From the IMG/VR virus record IMGVR_UViG_3300045107_000413, positions 1-64,000 of that record: a DNA stretch of 64,000 nucleotides; one strand, written 5' to 3'. This DNA comes from a virus. This document shows positions 19,835-28,766 of the stretch, one piece after another; the first letter of the stretch is position 1, and each line of letters starts with the position of its first letter. The notes under the pieces are model-generated. The model did no database searches. It had not been told where the DNA came from and saw only the letters and a program-made list of their open reading frames with translations. Made by a program: the position numbers and the translations under genes.

Positions 19835-21429
19835 CCACCACCAATCCCTATCAGCAACTCATTACGTCCTATACCACAGCACATGGCTACACCGACAGCG
19901 CGCCCCGCTACCAGCCCTGCCGCGTGACCCTCACCCTGTTGCAGCCCTATGCCGGCTATGACCTCCCGCACCTGGACGGCCTGCTCTCCTCCGTCGTCGT
20001 CACGCAAGCCTTGCAGGGGGCGCGCCTCCCAAAGGACAATACCCTCTATACCATTCCGCTCCCGCTTGAAGTTCTCTGGCGCGACAGCGCAGGCACGCCG
20101 CTCTTCCATGCGAGCAGCCTCTTTCCCGACCCACGCCACAGCAAGCATGTCTTCTCCTGGACAAAGAAAAATGACGAGGTGGCCTCCCGCTTTGCCGAAC
20201 GCAAACGCGACGGCGCGCTCTGGCAGCCCGATAGCGGAAGCGGCCAGTTCAAAGAGTACCGCATGCCCCTTCCCATCACGGCATCGGCCCACTTCACCGG
20301 CTACGCCTACGGGGACACAGAGGAGATAGCGCGCCTCTTGTCACTCCTGCATACGACCGGCAAGAAGGGCGCGTGGGGCTTCGGGCGCATTGCCCGCGTT
20401 GAGGTGGAACCCTGCGGCAAGCCGGGGCGCTACGTCTTTGTGCAGGGCGGGCGACTCCTGCGCCCCGTACCTGCTGCCGCTCTACCTGTGCTTGGACTGG
20501 TAGCAGAGGGAACACCTGTCCTCATCGGCTACTCCCCGCCCTACTGGTTGCCTGCCAAACAGGCGCAGTGCTACCCCGAAGGTACAGCAGTCCGGGAAGC
20601 GGTCAGTGCCGCAAAGCCCGTTGTGATGCCGCGCTGGTCAGTCCCGTCCTTCCTACTGTACTGCCAGCAGCAGGACGCCCTGCGCCGTCACGGTGATCTC
20701 ATCCTGCTCCATGACAAATTCCAACGCGGCAAGGGGGAAGGGGCCTTATGCGCGCTCACAGGACTGCCCATTACTGACGGCGGGGCGGTTGCCGCACGGG
20801 ATGCGCTCTCATCCAATATGGGCAATGTGGTCGATTTCTGCAAGGCCCCGCAGAGTCCCTGGGTAAGCAACGCGGCAGCGATCATCCTCTCACAGCCCAA
20901 GTCGATGCACCGCAACCTGGTGGCGCTGCTCTCGCCGCAAGGAGAGGGACACCTGCTCTGGCCCACCATCGCATTGGATCCAAAGCAGCCCGAGGCTGTG
21001 CGACCACTGTGGCGGGAGGTGCTACTGGTGCTGCACGAGCGGTATATGGGCTATCAGTGCGTGGTGATCTACAAGGATGAGCCGAAGTCACGAACGTGGC
21101 CACGCGCCAGGATCGGCGTGGTGGGCGCTTCTATGCCCATCCATTTTTCGGATAGCACGTTCGGTATCTCGAATCTGCTCGTCGTCGATATCGAGACAGT
21201 CGTCGAGCAGATGTCCTTTATCGAGTCGCTACTCGATGGGGGCTATGGCAAGACCCAGATACGGCTTGGTCTGCGTGCGCCTTCGATCGAGAGGCTAGCA
21301 CGCACATTGCAAGCAGAAAAGCGCCTGGCCGCGATGCGCATAACGGCTGAATTTCCCCTGGCATGGAGCGCGGCCAGGACGACCGAAGATCGAACGTTAC
21401 GAAAAGGAGTACAACCCGATGTCGACTAG
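19828..21429 (+). CDS. csf3-csf1: type IV Cas fusion: Csf3 (Cas5-family RAMP) N-terminal, Csf1 (Cas8-like) C-terminal
   Basis: Csf3 motifs HLDGLL, IPLPL, GQFKEYRMP, GDTEEIARLL, GKKGAWGFG, RPVP, PPYW; C-terminal CALTG...DFCKAPQSPWVS resembles a degenerate Csf1 Zn-finger region. Confidence 0.8.
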   Translation: MLTTTNPYQQLITSYTTAHGYTDSAPRYQPCRVTLTLLQPYAGYDLPHLDGLLSSVVVTQALQGARLPKDNTLYTIPLPLEVLWRDSAGTPLFHASSLFPDPRHSKHVFSWTKKNDEVASRFAERKRDGALWQPDSGSGQFKEYRMPLPITASAHFTGYAYGDTEEIARLLSLLHTTGKKGAWGFGRIARVEVEPCGKPGRYVFVQGGRLLRPVPAAALPVLGLVAEGTPVLIGYSPPYWLPAKQAQCYPEGTAVREAVSAAKPVVMPRWSVPSFLLYCQQQDALRRHGDLILLHDKFQRGKGEGALCALTGLPITDGGAVAARDALSSNMGNVVDFCKAPQSPWVSNAAAIILSQPKSMHRNLVALLSPQGEGHLLWPTIALDPKQPEAVRPLWREVLLVLHERYMGYQCVVIYKDEPKSRTWPRARIGVVGASMPIHFSDSTFGISNLLVVDIETVVEQMSFIESLLDGGYGKTQIRLGLRAPSIERLARTLQAEKRLAAMRITAEFPLAWSAARTTEDRTLRKGVQPDVD

Positions 21430-22918
21430 CGTAGTAGCGTTGTTATCCGCTCAGACCAGTATTGCCCATGGCGACCCGGGGGCCTCTGGCACGAGCAATG
21501 TGACCCCGTTTCGGATGCAGCAGGTTCTCTATCCCCGCGCCAATACACAGCCCCTTACTGATGACGTGGAGGCCATTGGTGAAGAGCCTGCCGCTCTGCG
21601 TATCCGTGCGATTCATGAAGCAGAGACAGCCATCCGTGAGCTGGCCCGCTCCTATCCGCTGCCCGCCGACAGCTACCTTGCCCTTGCCCTGCAAGGGCTC
21701 CAGGCAGAACAATTCATTGCCTCCGCCTTTGTCTATTCGCTTATCAGCCAGCTCAACAGCATGAATGGCGGGGATGGTGCAGGTCTCTTCTCCGGCATAG
21801 AACGCTATGATATGCTCTTGAAGCGCCTGGAGATCGTGGCGAACCAGTACCAGACCAGCATGTTCACGCTCTACGCGGCCCTTTTGCGCCAGCTGGGCAT
21901 CGAAGAGAGCCTGCCGAAGATGACGGATATCCTGTGGAGGTATGCCGCGCTGCCGCGAACGGTGCAGCAGTCCGTCATTGCCACGCTGGGCGCTGACCGG
22001 CAGGCGGTGGTGACGATTGCGCGGGCCTGGTTCGAGGATGAGCGGGCGCGCAGGCGCGGGCGCAAGGAGCAGGAAGAATGGGGGCTGTTTGAGGAGACTG
22101 ACTACTATGACCCCACCGGCAAGGTCGCTGGAACCTCGCTCACCTTTGCCGAGGCGGCGATCCCGTGGGTCTCCAGCAATACGTTCCGGCATACGGTCTT
22201 CCGCGAGACGCTCTGCAATCATCTGCTGGAGGCGCTCGAATTTGGCTCTCTTGCCGAGGTGGTCTCCCGCAAGGCGCTTCCTCACTACGTGATCCAGCTG
22301 CTGTCCAATGGCGGCAACGTCAAGGCCAATGCCAAAGCCCCCGATTACAGCAATGCCATTAATCTGGCGGTGATGGGCCTTTTCCCCTCACTGGAACTGC
22401 TCTCCGGGTGCCTACCCACCCACATGATGGGTGAGGGGGCGCTTTCGGTTGCCGACTGGACGCTGTGCCTGCAAAACAATGAGAATACTGCACCGCTGGG
22501 CTACATCTCCGATGTCGATGCGGCGAGCATGCTCACCATTGAGACGCACACACGCCATACGCCGCCGGGGATGGGCAACGATAAGGAAAGTGGGCAGATG
22601 CTTTTCAGCCATACCGTCATGAAGCCGGGGTGCCAGGTGCTCTTCGAGTTCAGCGTTGCGCCATTTGCCTCCCACCTCGCAAAAGGTGCTGCCTACTTTG
22701 CGTACCGCAGCTGGCTGGCGGCAGGAGGGCAGGTCGGTGGCCACGACAATATCGGGGAGGGGCGGTTCCGGCTGGTGGAGCAGCGAGGCGTCGAGGAGGA
22801 ACTGGAGCGCGCAGCCGTCGATTATCAGCGGTATGTGGATCAGCACCGCGATGCGTTGTACGAGGCGCTGGCGACCGGGACGATGGGCTGGAAGGAACGG
22901 TTGCCAGCGTGGGGGTAG
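21419..22918 (+). CDS. csf2: type IV Csf2 (Cas7) with internal Cas11-like helical insertion
   Basis: TSIAHG...TPFR, IPWVSSNTFRH, LLSNGG, FPSLELLSG, THTRH, QMLFSHTVMKPG, G-rich loop GGHDNIGEG; about 200-aa helical insert between FR and IPWVS. Confidence 0.85.
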   Translation: MSTSVVALLSAQTSIAHGDPGASGTSNVTPFRMQQVLYPRANTQPLTDDVEAIGEEPAALRIRAIHEAETAIRELARSYPLPADSYLALALQGLQAEQFIASAFVYSLISQLNSMNGGDGAGLFSGIERYDMLLKRLEIVANQYQTSMFTLYAALLRQLGIEESLPKMTDILWRYAALPRTVQQSVIATLGADRQAVVTIARAWFEDERARRRGRKEQEEWGLFEETDYYDPTGKVAGTSLTFAEAAIPWVSSNTFRHTVFRETLCNHLLEALEFGSLAEVVSRKALPHYVIQLLSNGGNVKANAKAPDYSNAINLAVMGLFPSLELLSGCLPTHMMGEGALSVADWTLCLQNNENTAPLGYISDVDAASMLTIETHTRHTPPGMGNDKESGQMLFSHTVMKPGCQVLFEFSVAPFASHLAKGAAYFAYRSWLAAGGQVGGHDNIGEGRFRLVEQRGVEEELERAAVDYQRYVDQHRDALYEALATGTMGWKERLPAWG

Positions 22919-22920
22919 CA

Positions 22921-23400
22921 ATGCCTGATCTCATCCTTGTTATCGGGCCATGTGGCGCGGGCAAAACCACCTATGCACGGACGCACTATCCGCAGTACCT
23001 GCATGTGGACTATGAGCGGCTCATCCAGTCGCTCTTTGCCGAGCCTGCCCACTTTCGCTTCTATCCCCATGTGCGTACCTGCGGCGCGCTCCTCTTTGAT
23101 GCAGCGGCCCGTCACCTCATTGCAAAGCGGCAGAATGTCTGCCTCACACTTGGCGGGGCGACGCGCCAAGAGCGCGCAAAATACGTTGATCTGGCCTTTG
23201 ATACCAATATGGATGCGCACTGCATTCGCTTGCTGGTAGACCGGGATACCTGTATTTCCCGTGCAAAAGCGGACACACTGCGCCCTGTTTCTTCCCGACC
23301 TTCCTGGCAAGGCGTGGTCGATCACTGGTTTGCTGCCTGGGAACCGGTCGACGCCGTGCAAGAGGGATTCGCGTCATACCAGGAGATTGAGAATGGATGA
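22921..23400 (+). CDS. P-loop kinase (AAA_33 / polynucleotide-kinase-like)
   Basis: LILVIGPCGAGKTTYAR, TRQERAKY, TCISRA. Confidence 0.85.
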   Translation: MPDLILVIGPCGAGKTTYARTHYPQYLHVDYERLIQSLFAEPAHFRFYPHVRTCGALLFDAAARHLIAKRQNVCLTLGGATRQERAKYVDLAFDTNMDAHCIRLLVDRDTCISRAKADTLRPVSSRPSWQGVVDHWFAAWEPVDAVQEGFASYQEIENG

Positions 23401-24190
23401 GATGGAACGGCTGCAACATGATCTCTATAGCCGCACCAACGCTTTCAGGCGCAAGTTGGACGTGGCGCAGTGCGCCATCAATGAGGGGTTAGCCGCAATG
23501 GGAAGCACGCCCTACGTCTCATTTTCAGGTGGCATCGATAGCACTGTGTTGCTTGACCTGCTTTTCTCACAGGATGTCCGCCTACCCGTTCTCTGGGGCG
23601 ATGACGGGGCTGATTTCCCCGTCACGCTTCAGTTCCTCTCAGACACCCAGGCGCGCTACGGCTTCCATCTCATCCGTATTCGCAGCATGGCCCCCTGGCG
23701 CGCGTGGTGTCAGGAGATGAGCCGCCCCGACCTCTCCGATGACCCGGAGGCCAGAGACGCCTGGCTCAACCCACGCATCTGGAATGATACCTGGCACACC
23801 CTTACCCGCGACGCGCCTGCACATGGCTACACAGGCGTCTTCATGGGCATGCTGGCAGCAGAATCGCGTGCGCGCTCCTATGTGTTGCATCAGGGACGTC
23901 GCACTCTCTATCAGGTCAAGGGTGAAGGCGGCATGTGGCACTGCTCTCCGCTTGCCGGTTGGAGTAAGCGTGAAGTCTGGGCCTACGCCGTCTCAAGAGG
24001 GCTGGCCTACAATCCTGTGTATGACCGGCTTGCTGAATTGCACATCCCACTAGCATATCGCCGCGTCGCCGCCATGACGTGTTATCGGGTACTCCAATGG
24101 GGTAGCCACGCGGGCCAGTTCAGATACATCGATTCCGACCTCTCCAACCGACTGTGCACGCTGTTCCCTCGCCTGCGCGCTTTCAGCTAG
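23393..24190 (+). CDS. cysH: CysH-like PAPS-reductase-family (PP-loop) protein
   Basis: YVSFSGGIDSTVLL, AAESRAR, CSPLAGWSKREVWAY, YNPVYD; typical partner of type IV-B loci. Confidence 0.9.
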   Translation: MDEMERLQHDLYSRTNAFRRKLDVAQCAINEGLAAMGSTPYVSFSGGIDSTVLLDLLFSQDVRLPVLWGDDGADFPVTLQFLSDTQARYGFHLIRIRSMAPWRAWCQEMSRPDLSDDPEARDAWLNPRIWNDTWHTLTRDAPAHGYTGVFMGMLAAESRARSYVLHQGRRTLYQVKGEGGMWHCSPLAGWSKREVWAYAVSRGLAYNPVYDRLAELHIPLAYRRVAAMTCYRVLQWGSHAGQFRYIDSDLSNRLCTLFPRLRAFS

Positions 24191-24201
24191 TTTCGTACGT
24201 G

Positions 24202-24247
24202 CAAAGAGGCGCTGCTTCCCATTCATCGTGGAAGCAGCGCCTCTTTG
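24202..24247 (+). terminator. terminator of the cas operon
   Basis: 18-bp perfect stem CAAAGAGGCGCTGCTTCC / GGAAGCAGCGCCTCTTTG. Confidence 0.8.
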
Positions 24248-24341
24248 TTGCAAACTCAATCTGACCAGATGCGAGTTCACAGAAGATGATAGCAGATTCA
24301 AACGAATTTTTCACCTTCCCGGAAATTCGTCCCAAAACCCC

Positions 24342-24380
24342 TTGACAATCTGTATACATTGGTATACAATCGTATACAGA
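24342..24380 (+). promoter_or_regulatory. sigma-70 promoter with overlapping GTATAC operator repeats
   Basis: TTGACA-17-TACAAT; three GTATACA units; TCTGTATAC...GTATACAGA inverted pair. Confidence 0.85.
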
Positions 24381-24434
24381 TGAGGGAGCGCAAGGGACGC
24401 TCTCCGAAAAAGAAATGAACAGGAGATATTCGAC

Positions 24435-24785
24435 ATGGCAAACTACCAGCAGATTCTTGATCAGTACATTGCATCGCAGAATTTCAAAGATGGCGTGGTC
24501 TCGGCCACGAAGGCGTCATGGGGCGGTGGCGGCTACAGCGTCGAGTTATTCGAGGATGGGACCTGGCGCAACCTCTGGAACAACCAGATCGGCAATCGCT
24601 ACGAGACATCGGGTATCCTGCTCGGCCTTCCTACCATCAGTGAGAATATCACTCGCGAGATGGATGAGGAAAAGGCCGTCAACGATGATAGCAATCTGCG
24701 CGACGCCTTCGATTATGAGTTCGATGATCTGGCGAAGGAGTTGCGCGAGAGCCTCTCCGACCAGCTCGCGATGATGGAAATGTAG
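24435..24785 (+). CDS. hypothetical acidic protein
   Basis: AGGAGA RBS; first gene after the promoter. Confidence 0.7.
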   Translation: MANYQQILDQYIASQNFKDGVVSATKASWGGGGYSVELFEDGTWRNLWNNQIGNRYETSGILLGLPTISENITREMDEEKAVNDDSNLRDAFDYEFDDLAKELRESLSDQLAMMEM

Positions 24786-24796
24786 TAAGGAATATT

Positions 24797-25249
24797 ATGC
24801 CAAGTCCACAGATTCAGTTTCGGGCAGTTGGCCCGCTTACAGATGAGCTAGAGAGCCGCTCGGAGGTGGGGAAACCTGCCTCTGAAGTGGCACGTCGTGA
24901 TTTGGGGCGCTATTATGTCCTGCTGGCGCGTAGCTTGCCCCAGTTTACATTGGAGGAGGCCATGCTGCTGGTCAATGCTCTGAACGGGCATCTGACCATG
25001 CCGGAGACGGCACACCTGCTCTGGGCGGAGGTGGAGGGGTTTGTCGTGAGCCAGCTCGGCGATGAGGATTCCTATCCGAATAAGTGGGATTCGCTGATCT
25101 TGCGGCTCAAAAAGTTGACGCCGTTTGAACAGTTGGCAGTCGCCGACGCAGTAGAACGCGCCTGGAATGCGTCGGCGTATCACCTGTCGGATATGTCCGA
25201 GCGGCTGCTTGCGGTCGGGCTGGTGCGCAAGGAGGGAGGTGCCTCCTGA
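24797..25249 (+). CDS. probable ribbon-helix-helix regulator
   Basis: PQIQFR beta-strand followed by SEVARRDLGRYY helices. Confidence 0.6.
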   Translation: MPSPQIQFRAVGPLTDELESRSEVGKPASEVARRDLGRYYVLLARSLPQFTLEEAMLLVNALNGHLTMPETAHLLWAEVEGFVVSQLGDEDSYPNKWDSLILRLKKLTPFEQLAVADAVERAWNASAYHLSDMSERLLAVGLVRKEGGAS

Positions 25250-25935
25250 GCAAGATCAAAGTCAGCTTCACGCAGCTTCTTGAAGCAATGGGGCAATCCC
25301 GCGATATGGGTTTTGCCCGCCTGCTGCTCGTGGTGGATCAGCAGGGGCAGGTGACGTTTCGCCGTGATCTCTCCTATCACGGCTATAGCGGTGAAGCTCC
25401 AGATGCTGATGGCAACCGTATCTGGGCGTTGCCACTGGTTGATCGTCGCCACGAAGAGGAGGATCTCCGCATCCTGGCGGCTGAGTGGATCGAGCAGCAA
25501 TACGCGGAGTTTGCCCCTGCGCCCGATCCCAAAAAGGACGGCATCGAGTTTGTGTTCGATGATGCCCCGGTTGAAGAGAATTTCGCAAACCTGCTCCAGC
25601 TTCTGGCCGAGGTGTTTCAGCAGTTTGAAATCACCCCGGCTCTTGCGTGCTTGAGACATCCCGACCGGAAAACGCACAAGGCCATTCTCCTGCCGGTCCC
25701 CGATGAGGCAATGGGGACGGTTTTGCCCGAATGGCTGATGGCTGTTTTCTTTGACGAGGATTTAGGTCTCTCTCGAAAATCGTTTGATGCGGCGTTTCTT
25801 GCGCCCTATACGCTGTTCCCGATCTGTGAGGAGTGCGAGCAGCAATTTCAGGCGGCTATCGAGAAATTGCAAGCTATTGGTGAGGCGGCGAGGCTCACCG
25901 GCTGGCAAGGCGATACGCTCCCTCCAAAGGAATAG
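25246..25935 (+). CDS. hypothetical protein (possible CTG start)
   Basis: GGAGG RBS precedes CTG at 25246, in frame with ATG 25288. Confidence 0.6.
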   Translation: MSKIKVSFTQLLEAMGQSRDMGFARLLLVVDQQGQVTFRRDLSYHGYSGEAPDADGNRIWALPLVDRRHEEEDLRILAAEWIEQQYAEFAPAPDPKKDGIEFVFDDAPVEENFANLLQLLAEVFQQFEITPALACLRHPDRKTHKAILLPVPDEAMGTVLPEWLMAVFFDEDLGLSRKSFDAAFLAPYTLFPICEECEQQFQAAIEKLQAIGEAARLTGWQGDTLPPKE

Positions 25936-25945
25936 GAAAGAGGCA

Positions 25946-26959
25946 ATGGCGCAGTTCGTAGATCTCTTCATTGATGATTTCGAGCGCCTGGTGTCCGAGA
26001 TTCGCCGCAAGTCTGAAGGCCGCCGCGACCGCTTCCTGGATGAGGGCAATCGGGCGATTATCGAGGCTGCACGTCTCTCGAAGAAGCTCATCCTCGCCAG
26101 CAGCACGATGAAGCTGGTGCGTGAGAAGATCGACGCCTACAGCCAGGTGCTGGACGAGTTGCGCGCCGCCAACCCTGACTTTTCCCTGGTCACGGTTATC
26201 GAGCAGCTGATGGGAGAGCGCGGCATCTGGATCCAGTTCAGCGAGCCGTTCGATGAGGTCGCGCACCGGGTCAAGGTGGCGCTGCTGTTCACCCCGGCCT
26301 TCTATATGGCGACGGGAAAGGATCAGCAGCAGGTGGTGCTACTGGGAGAGGACCGCGAGTTGGTAGAGCTGCTGGAGGGGGACCGTCCAGGAGACCGACT
26401 GGAATACCTGGCGGTGACGCATACATGTCCAACCGGCGGTTGTCAGCCGTCAGGGGGGCGTGATCTGCTGCGTGCGCGCATCTCCCCCTGCGAGATGTGC
26501 AGTCGCCGTCTGGACATCTGGAATCGGGTGATCAATCTCTCCTTAATTGTCTCCGGCCAGTATCTGGCCGAGCAACTCTATCAGGAGGTGGAGGTTCACA
26601 GCGTCCGCCGCATCCCTCGCCAGCACAGCCGTGGGAAAGATCGCCGAAAGCCGGTCAAGCATGTCTTCAGCGTCATCGATGCCGACCGCTTGATTATTCC
26701 CGTAGTGGTGGATGCAGATAAGCCGGAATCACATAAGCGCGGGAGTTGGATGGAGGATGGCGATTTTATCATGGAGAAAATCCGCACCAGGCCGTTCAAG
26801 CGCACCTATCGATCGGCGCGCTATACCCGTATGCAGGGACAGACCCAGGAGTTTCCCGACGGGGTGGAGCGTATGCAGCCCCGTCGACCGCAACATCTGG
26901 GGAAACATATCACTCACGTTCGCGCAAGCAAGCATGAAGGAGGAGAAAAGAATTGGTGA
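25946..26959 (+). CDS. hypothetical protein
   Basis: 337 aa; C-terminal RPFKRTYR resembles basic 'VRGHWR'-like phage motifs. Confidence 0.7.
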   Translation: MAQFVDLFIDDFERLVSEIRRKSEGRRDRFLDEGNRAIIEAARLSKKLILASSTMKLVREKIDAYSQVLDELRAANPDFSLVTVIEQLMGERGIWIQFSEPFDEVAHRVKVALLFTPAFYMATGKDQQQVVLLGEDRELVELLEGDRPGDRLEYLAVTHTCPTGGCQPSGGRDLLRARISPCEMCSRRLDIWNRVINLSLIVSGQYLAEQLYQEVEVHSVRRIPRQHSRGKDRRKPVKHVFSVIDADRLIIPVVVDADKPESHKRGSWMEDGDFIMEKIRTRPFKRTYRSARYTRMQGQTQEFPDGVERMQPRRPQHLGKHITHVRASKHEGGEKNW

Positions 26960-27467
26960 AATTCACACGACCAACAGGAGTAATCTATCATCTTGTCAAC
27001 CTGCTCATTCTCTACGGCTTTCTCTCGTCGCTCCTGGCCCGCGACTGGAACTCCTGTATCTGGGAAGGTATCCTTGTTGGAATCGTCGTTTTCCTCTATG
27101 GCCGGGATTTGCTCAAAAATATGAGGAAAAGGAAGGGGTAAATCTCGAAATGAAACCGTATTAGTGGCGGGAAAACCACTGGTGGAAAAGAGGAAACCAC
27201 CTCCTCGATGCGCTCATTGTCCTCGGCTTCATCCAGGCGATGATCCAGCAGAGCTGGCTTTTTTGTGCCATAGAGGGGGTCATCGTCGGAATCATCATCT
27301 CCGCTTACATGCGCAAATGGTTGAATGGCGGCGATTGGTGGTTTGGAGATGATCCCGGTGGTGATGAGCCGGATAATCCGACCCCGCCAGAGGATCATGG
27401 CCTTTCTACAAAGGTGAGAGAACAGATCAATGATATCCTGGATCGCGAGCTTTCCATCAAAGTATAG
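26953..27467 (+). CDS. two tandem paralogous small membrane proteins (26953-27141 and 27150/27240-27467)
   Basis: Shared pattern HL...LI..GF...W..C..EG..VGI....Y.R; the second has an in-frame TAG at 27162. Confidence 0.55.
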
Positions 27468-27522
27468 GACAAGCGCCAGGCACAAGGAAAGCTGTCGCAT
27501 AGTATTGTGTGAGGAGGAAATA

Positions 27523-27780
27523 ATGGATACTATCGAGGCACAGTGGCATGCTTTTGATGATTCCAATCGGCACATTGCCGAGGATCGTATCATACGCGAT
27601 CCTGCGCAGCTTGCCGCCCTCGCAGCGACGTATTCCTCGTCGCCGCTCGCTATCGATGCCTACTGCCAAGAGTACCAGCGTGTGCTGGCGCTCTGGTTTG
27701 ATCCTGATCCTGAAACTACTATCCCGGAGCCGCCCGCGCCCCGTCCTGCAACAAATCCCTTCTTTTGGGAAGGACGGTAG
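27523..27780 (+). CDS. hypothetical protein
   Basis: GAGGAGG RBS. Confidence 0.6.
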   Translation: MDTIEAQWHAFDDSNRHIAEDRIIRDPAQLAALAATYSSSPLAIDAYCQEYQRVLALWFDPDPETTIPEPPAPRPATNPFFWEGR

Positions 27781-27850
27781 GTCATGCCTGGGAATGGTGA
27801 ACGAGTTTTCACGAATTTGTTCATATTTCCCAATTTGCCCTCAAAACCTA

Positions 27851-27879
27851 TTGATAAATATTTATCTAGGGCGTATACT
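27851..27879 (+). promoter_or_regulatory. sigma-70 promoter
   Basis: TTGATA-17-TATACT with upstream CAAAA tract. Confidence 0.75.
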
Positions 27880-28073
27880 TGTCTTAGATCAAGAGTGAGT
27901 GAGTAAGGAGGATAGGTCAGGGAAGAGAGCGATCTGATAGCATCGCTACGAACTAGCTCAGAACGCTCTCTGGTGACTCACCACCAATCTCAGTATATCA
28001 GCGAGGCACCACCGGGTGCCAGACTAAATGAGGGACACGGAAAGCCCTCAAAGAAACAAAAAAGAGAAAGACA

Positions 28074-28289
28074 ATAGCAAAGCAGTATTCAGTCTCCGAC
28101 CTTCAAGGTCGGACATACATCGGGGTAGTGACAACCCCCACGCCTGCTCAGGAAGCCGCCTGGGCAAAGAAGCAAGCGGGAAAGCACTACGCCCGCGCGA
28201 AGGCAAATGGCGAGCCCGGGACGTGGCTTCGCTGGGAGGACGGCTCCGTCAGTTGGCACCCCTTCAAGTGGCTGGTGCCAGTCAAATAA
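28074..28289 (+). CDS. 71-codon ORF with ATA in the start position
   Basis: Purine-rich RBS then ATA GCA AAG...; protein-like sequence ending WLRWEDGSVSWHPFKWLVPVK. Confidence 0.45.
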   Translation: MAKQYSVSDLQGRTYIGVVTTPTPAQEAAWAKKQAGKHYARAKANGEPGTWLRWEDGSVSWHPFKWLVPVK

Positions 28290-28330
28290 CAAAGTGGGTC
28301 GGTGCGAGTCCGACCCGGAAAGGAAAAACC

Positions 28331-28711
28331 ATGAACTATCGTAACCTGACCCCGCATGCGGTGCGGATACGTATTGAAGCGGGCGACAATCGCCCCGAAC
28401 CGTTGGAATCCGATATCGTGCTTGCGCCGGAGCCATTGCCCCTGCGCATTGCCGAGCGTGAGGGAGAAATGTGGATGCTGGACGGCGGCATCCCACTCAT
28501 CGAGACCCGCCTCGGTGAAATCGAGAACCTGCCCGCCCCGCAGGAGGGCGTTCTGCTCGTCGTCTCCATGCCCGTCGCGGAACGGGCGTATCAGTTGGGG
28601 CGGCGTGATGTCGTCAGCCCCGATAGCGGCAAGACGGCCATCCGCTTCAAGTTGCCCAACGGCAATGAGGGCATCTATGCCGTGCGCCGCCTGCGTTTTA
28701 TAGTTTCGTAG
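28331..28711 (+). CDS. phage hypothetical protein
   Basis: NLTPHAV...LPAPQEGVLLVVS...RRDVVSPD motif pattern; AAAGGA RBS. Confidence 0.75.
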   Translation: MNYRNLTPHAVRIRIEAGDNRPEPLESDIVLAPEPLPLRIAEREGEMWMLDGGIPLIETRLGEIENLPAPQEGVLLVVSMPVAERAYQLGRRDVVSPDSGKTAIRFKLPNGNEGIYAVRRLRFIVS

Positions 28712-28766
28712 TTGTTTGAGTGAGGGCGGTCTGTCCGGTGAGGCAGCCGCCCGGAGGGAAGGAAAA

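Noticed and set aside
22630-22920. Upstream extension of the kinase ORF, and likewise 23261-23392 for CysH
   Set aside because: These overlap the preceding genes, and the domain motifs begin at ATG 22921 and 23393.
24190-24435. CRISPR array or mini-array next to the cas genes
   Set aside because: Only a terminator hairpin and a promoter are present. No repeat-spacer periodicity was seen here or elsewhere in the window by eye.
28028-28330. N-terminal extension of the 227-aa ORF
   Set aside because: There is a strong RBS at 28331, and a better-looking ORF lies in another frame across this interval.
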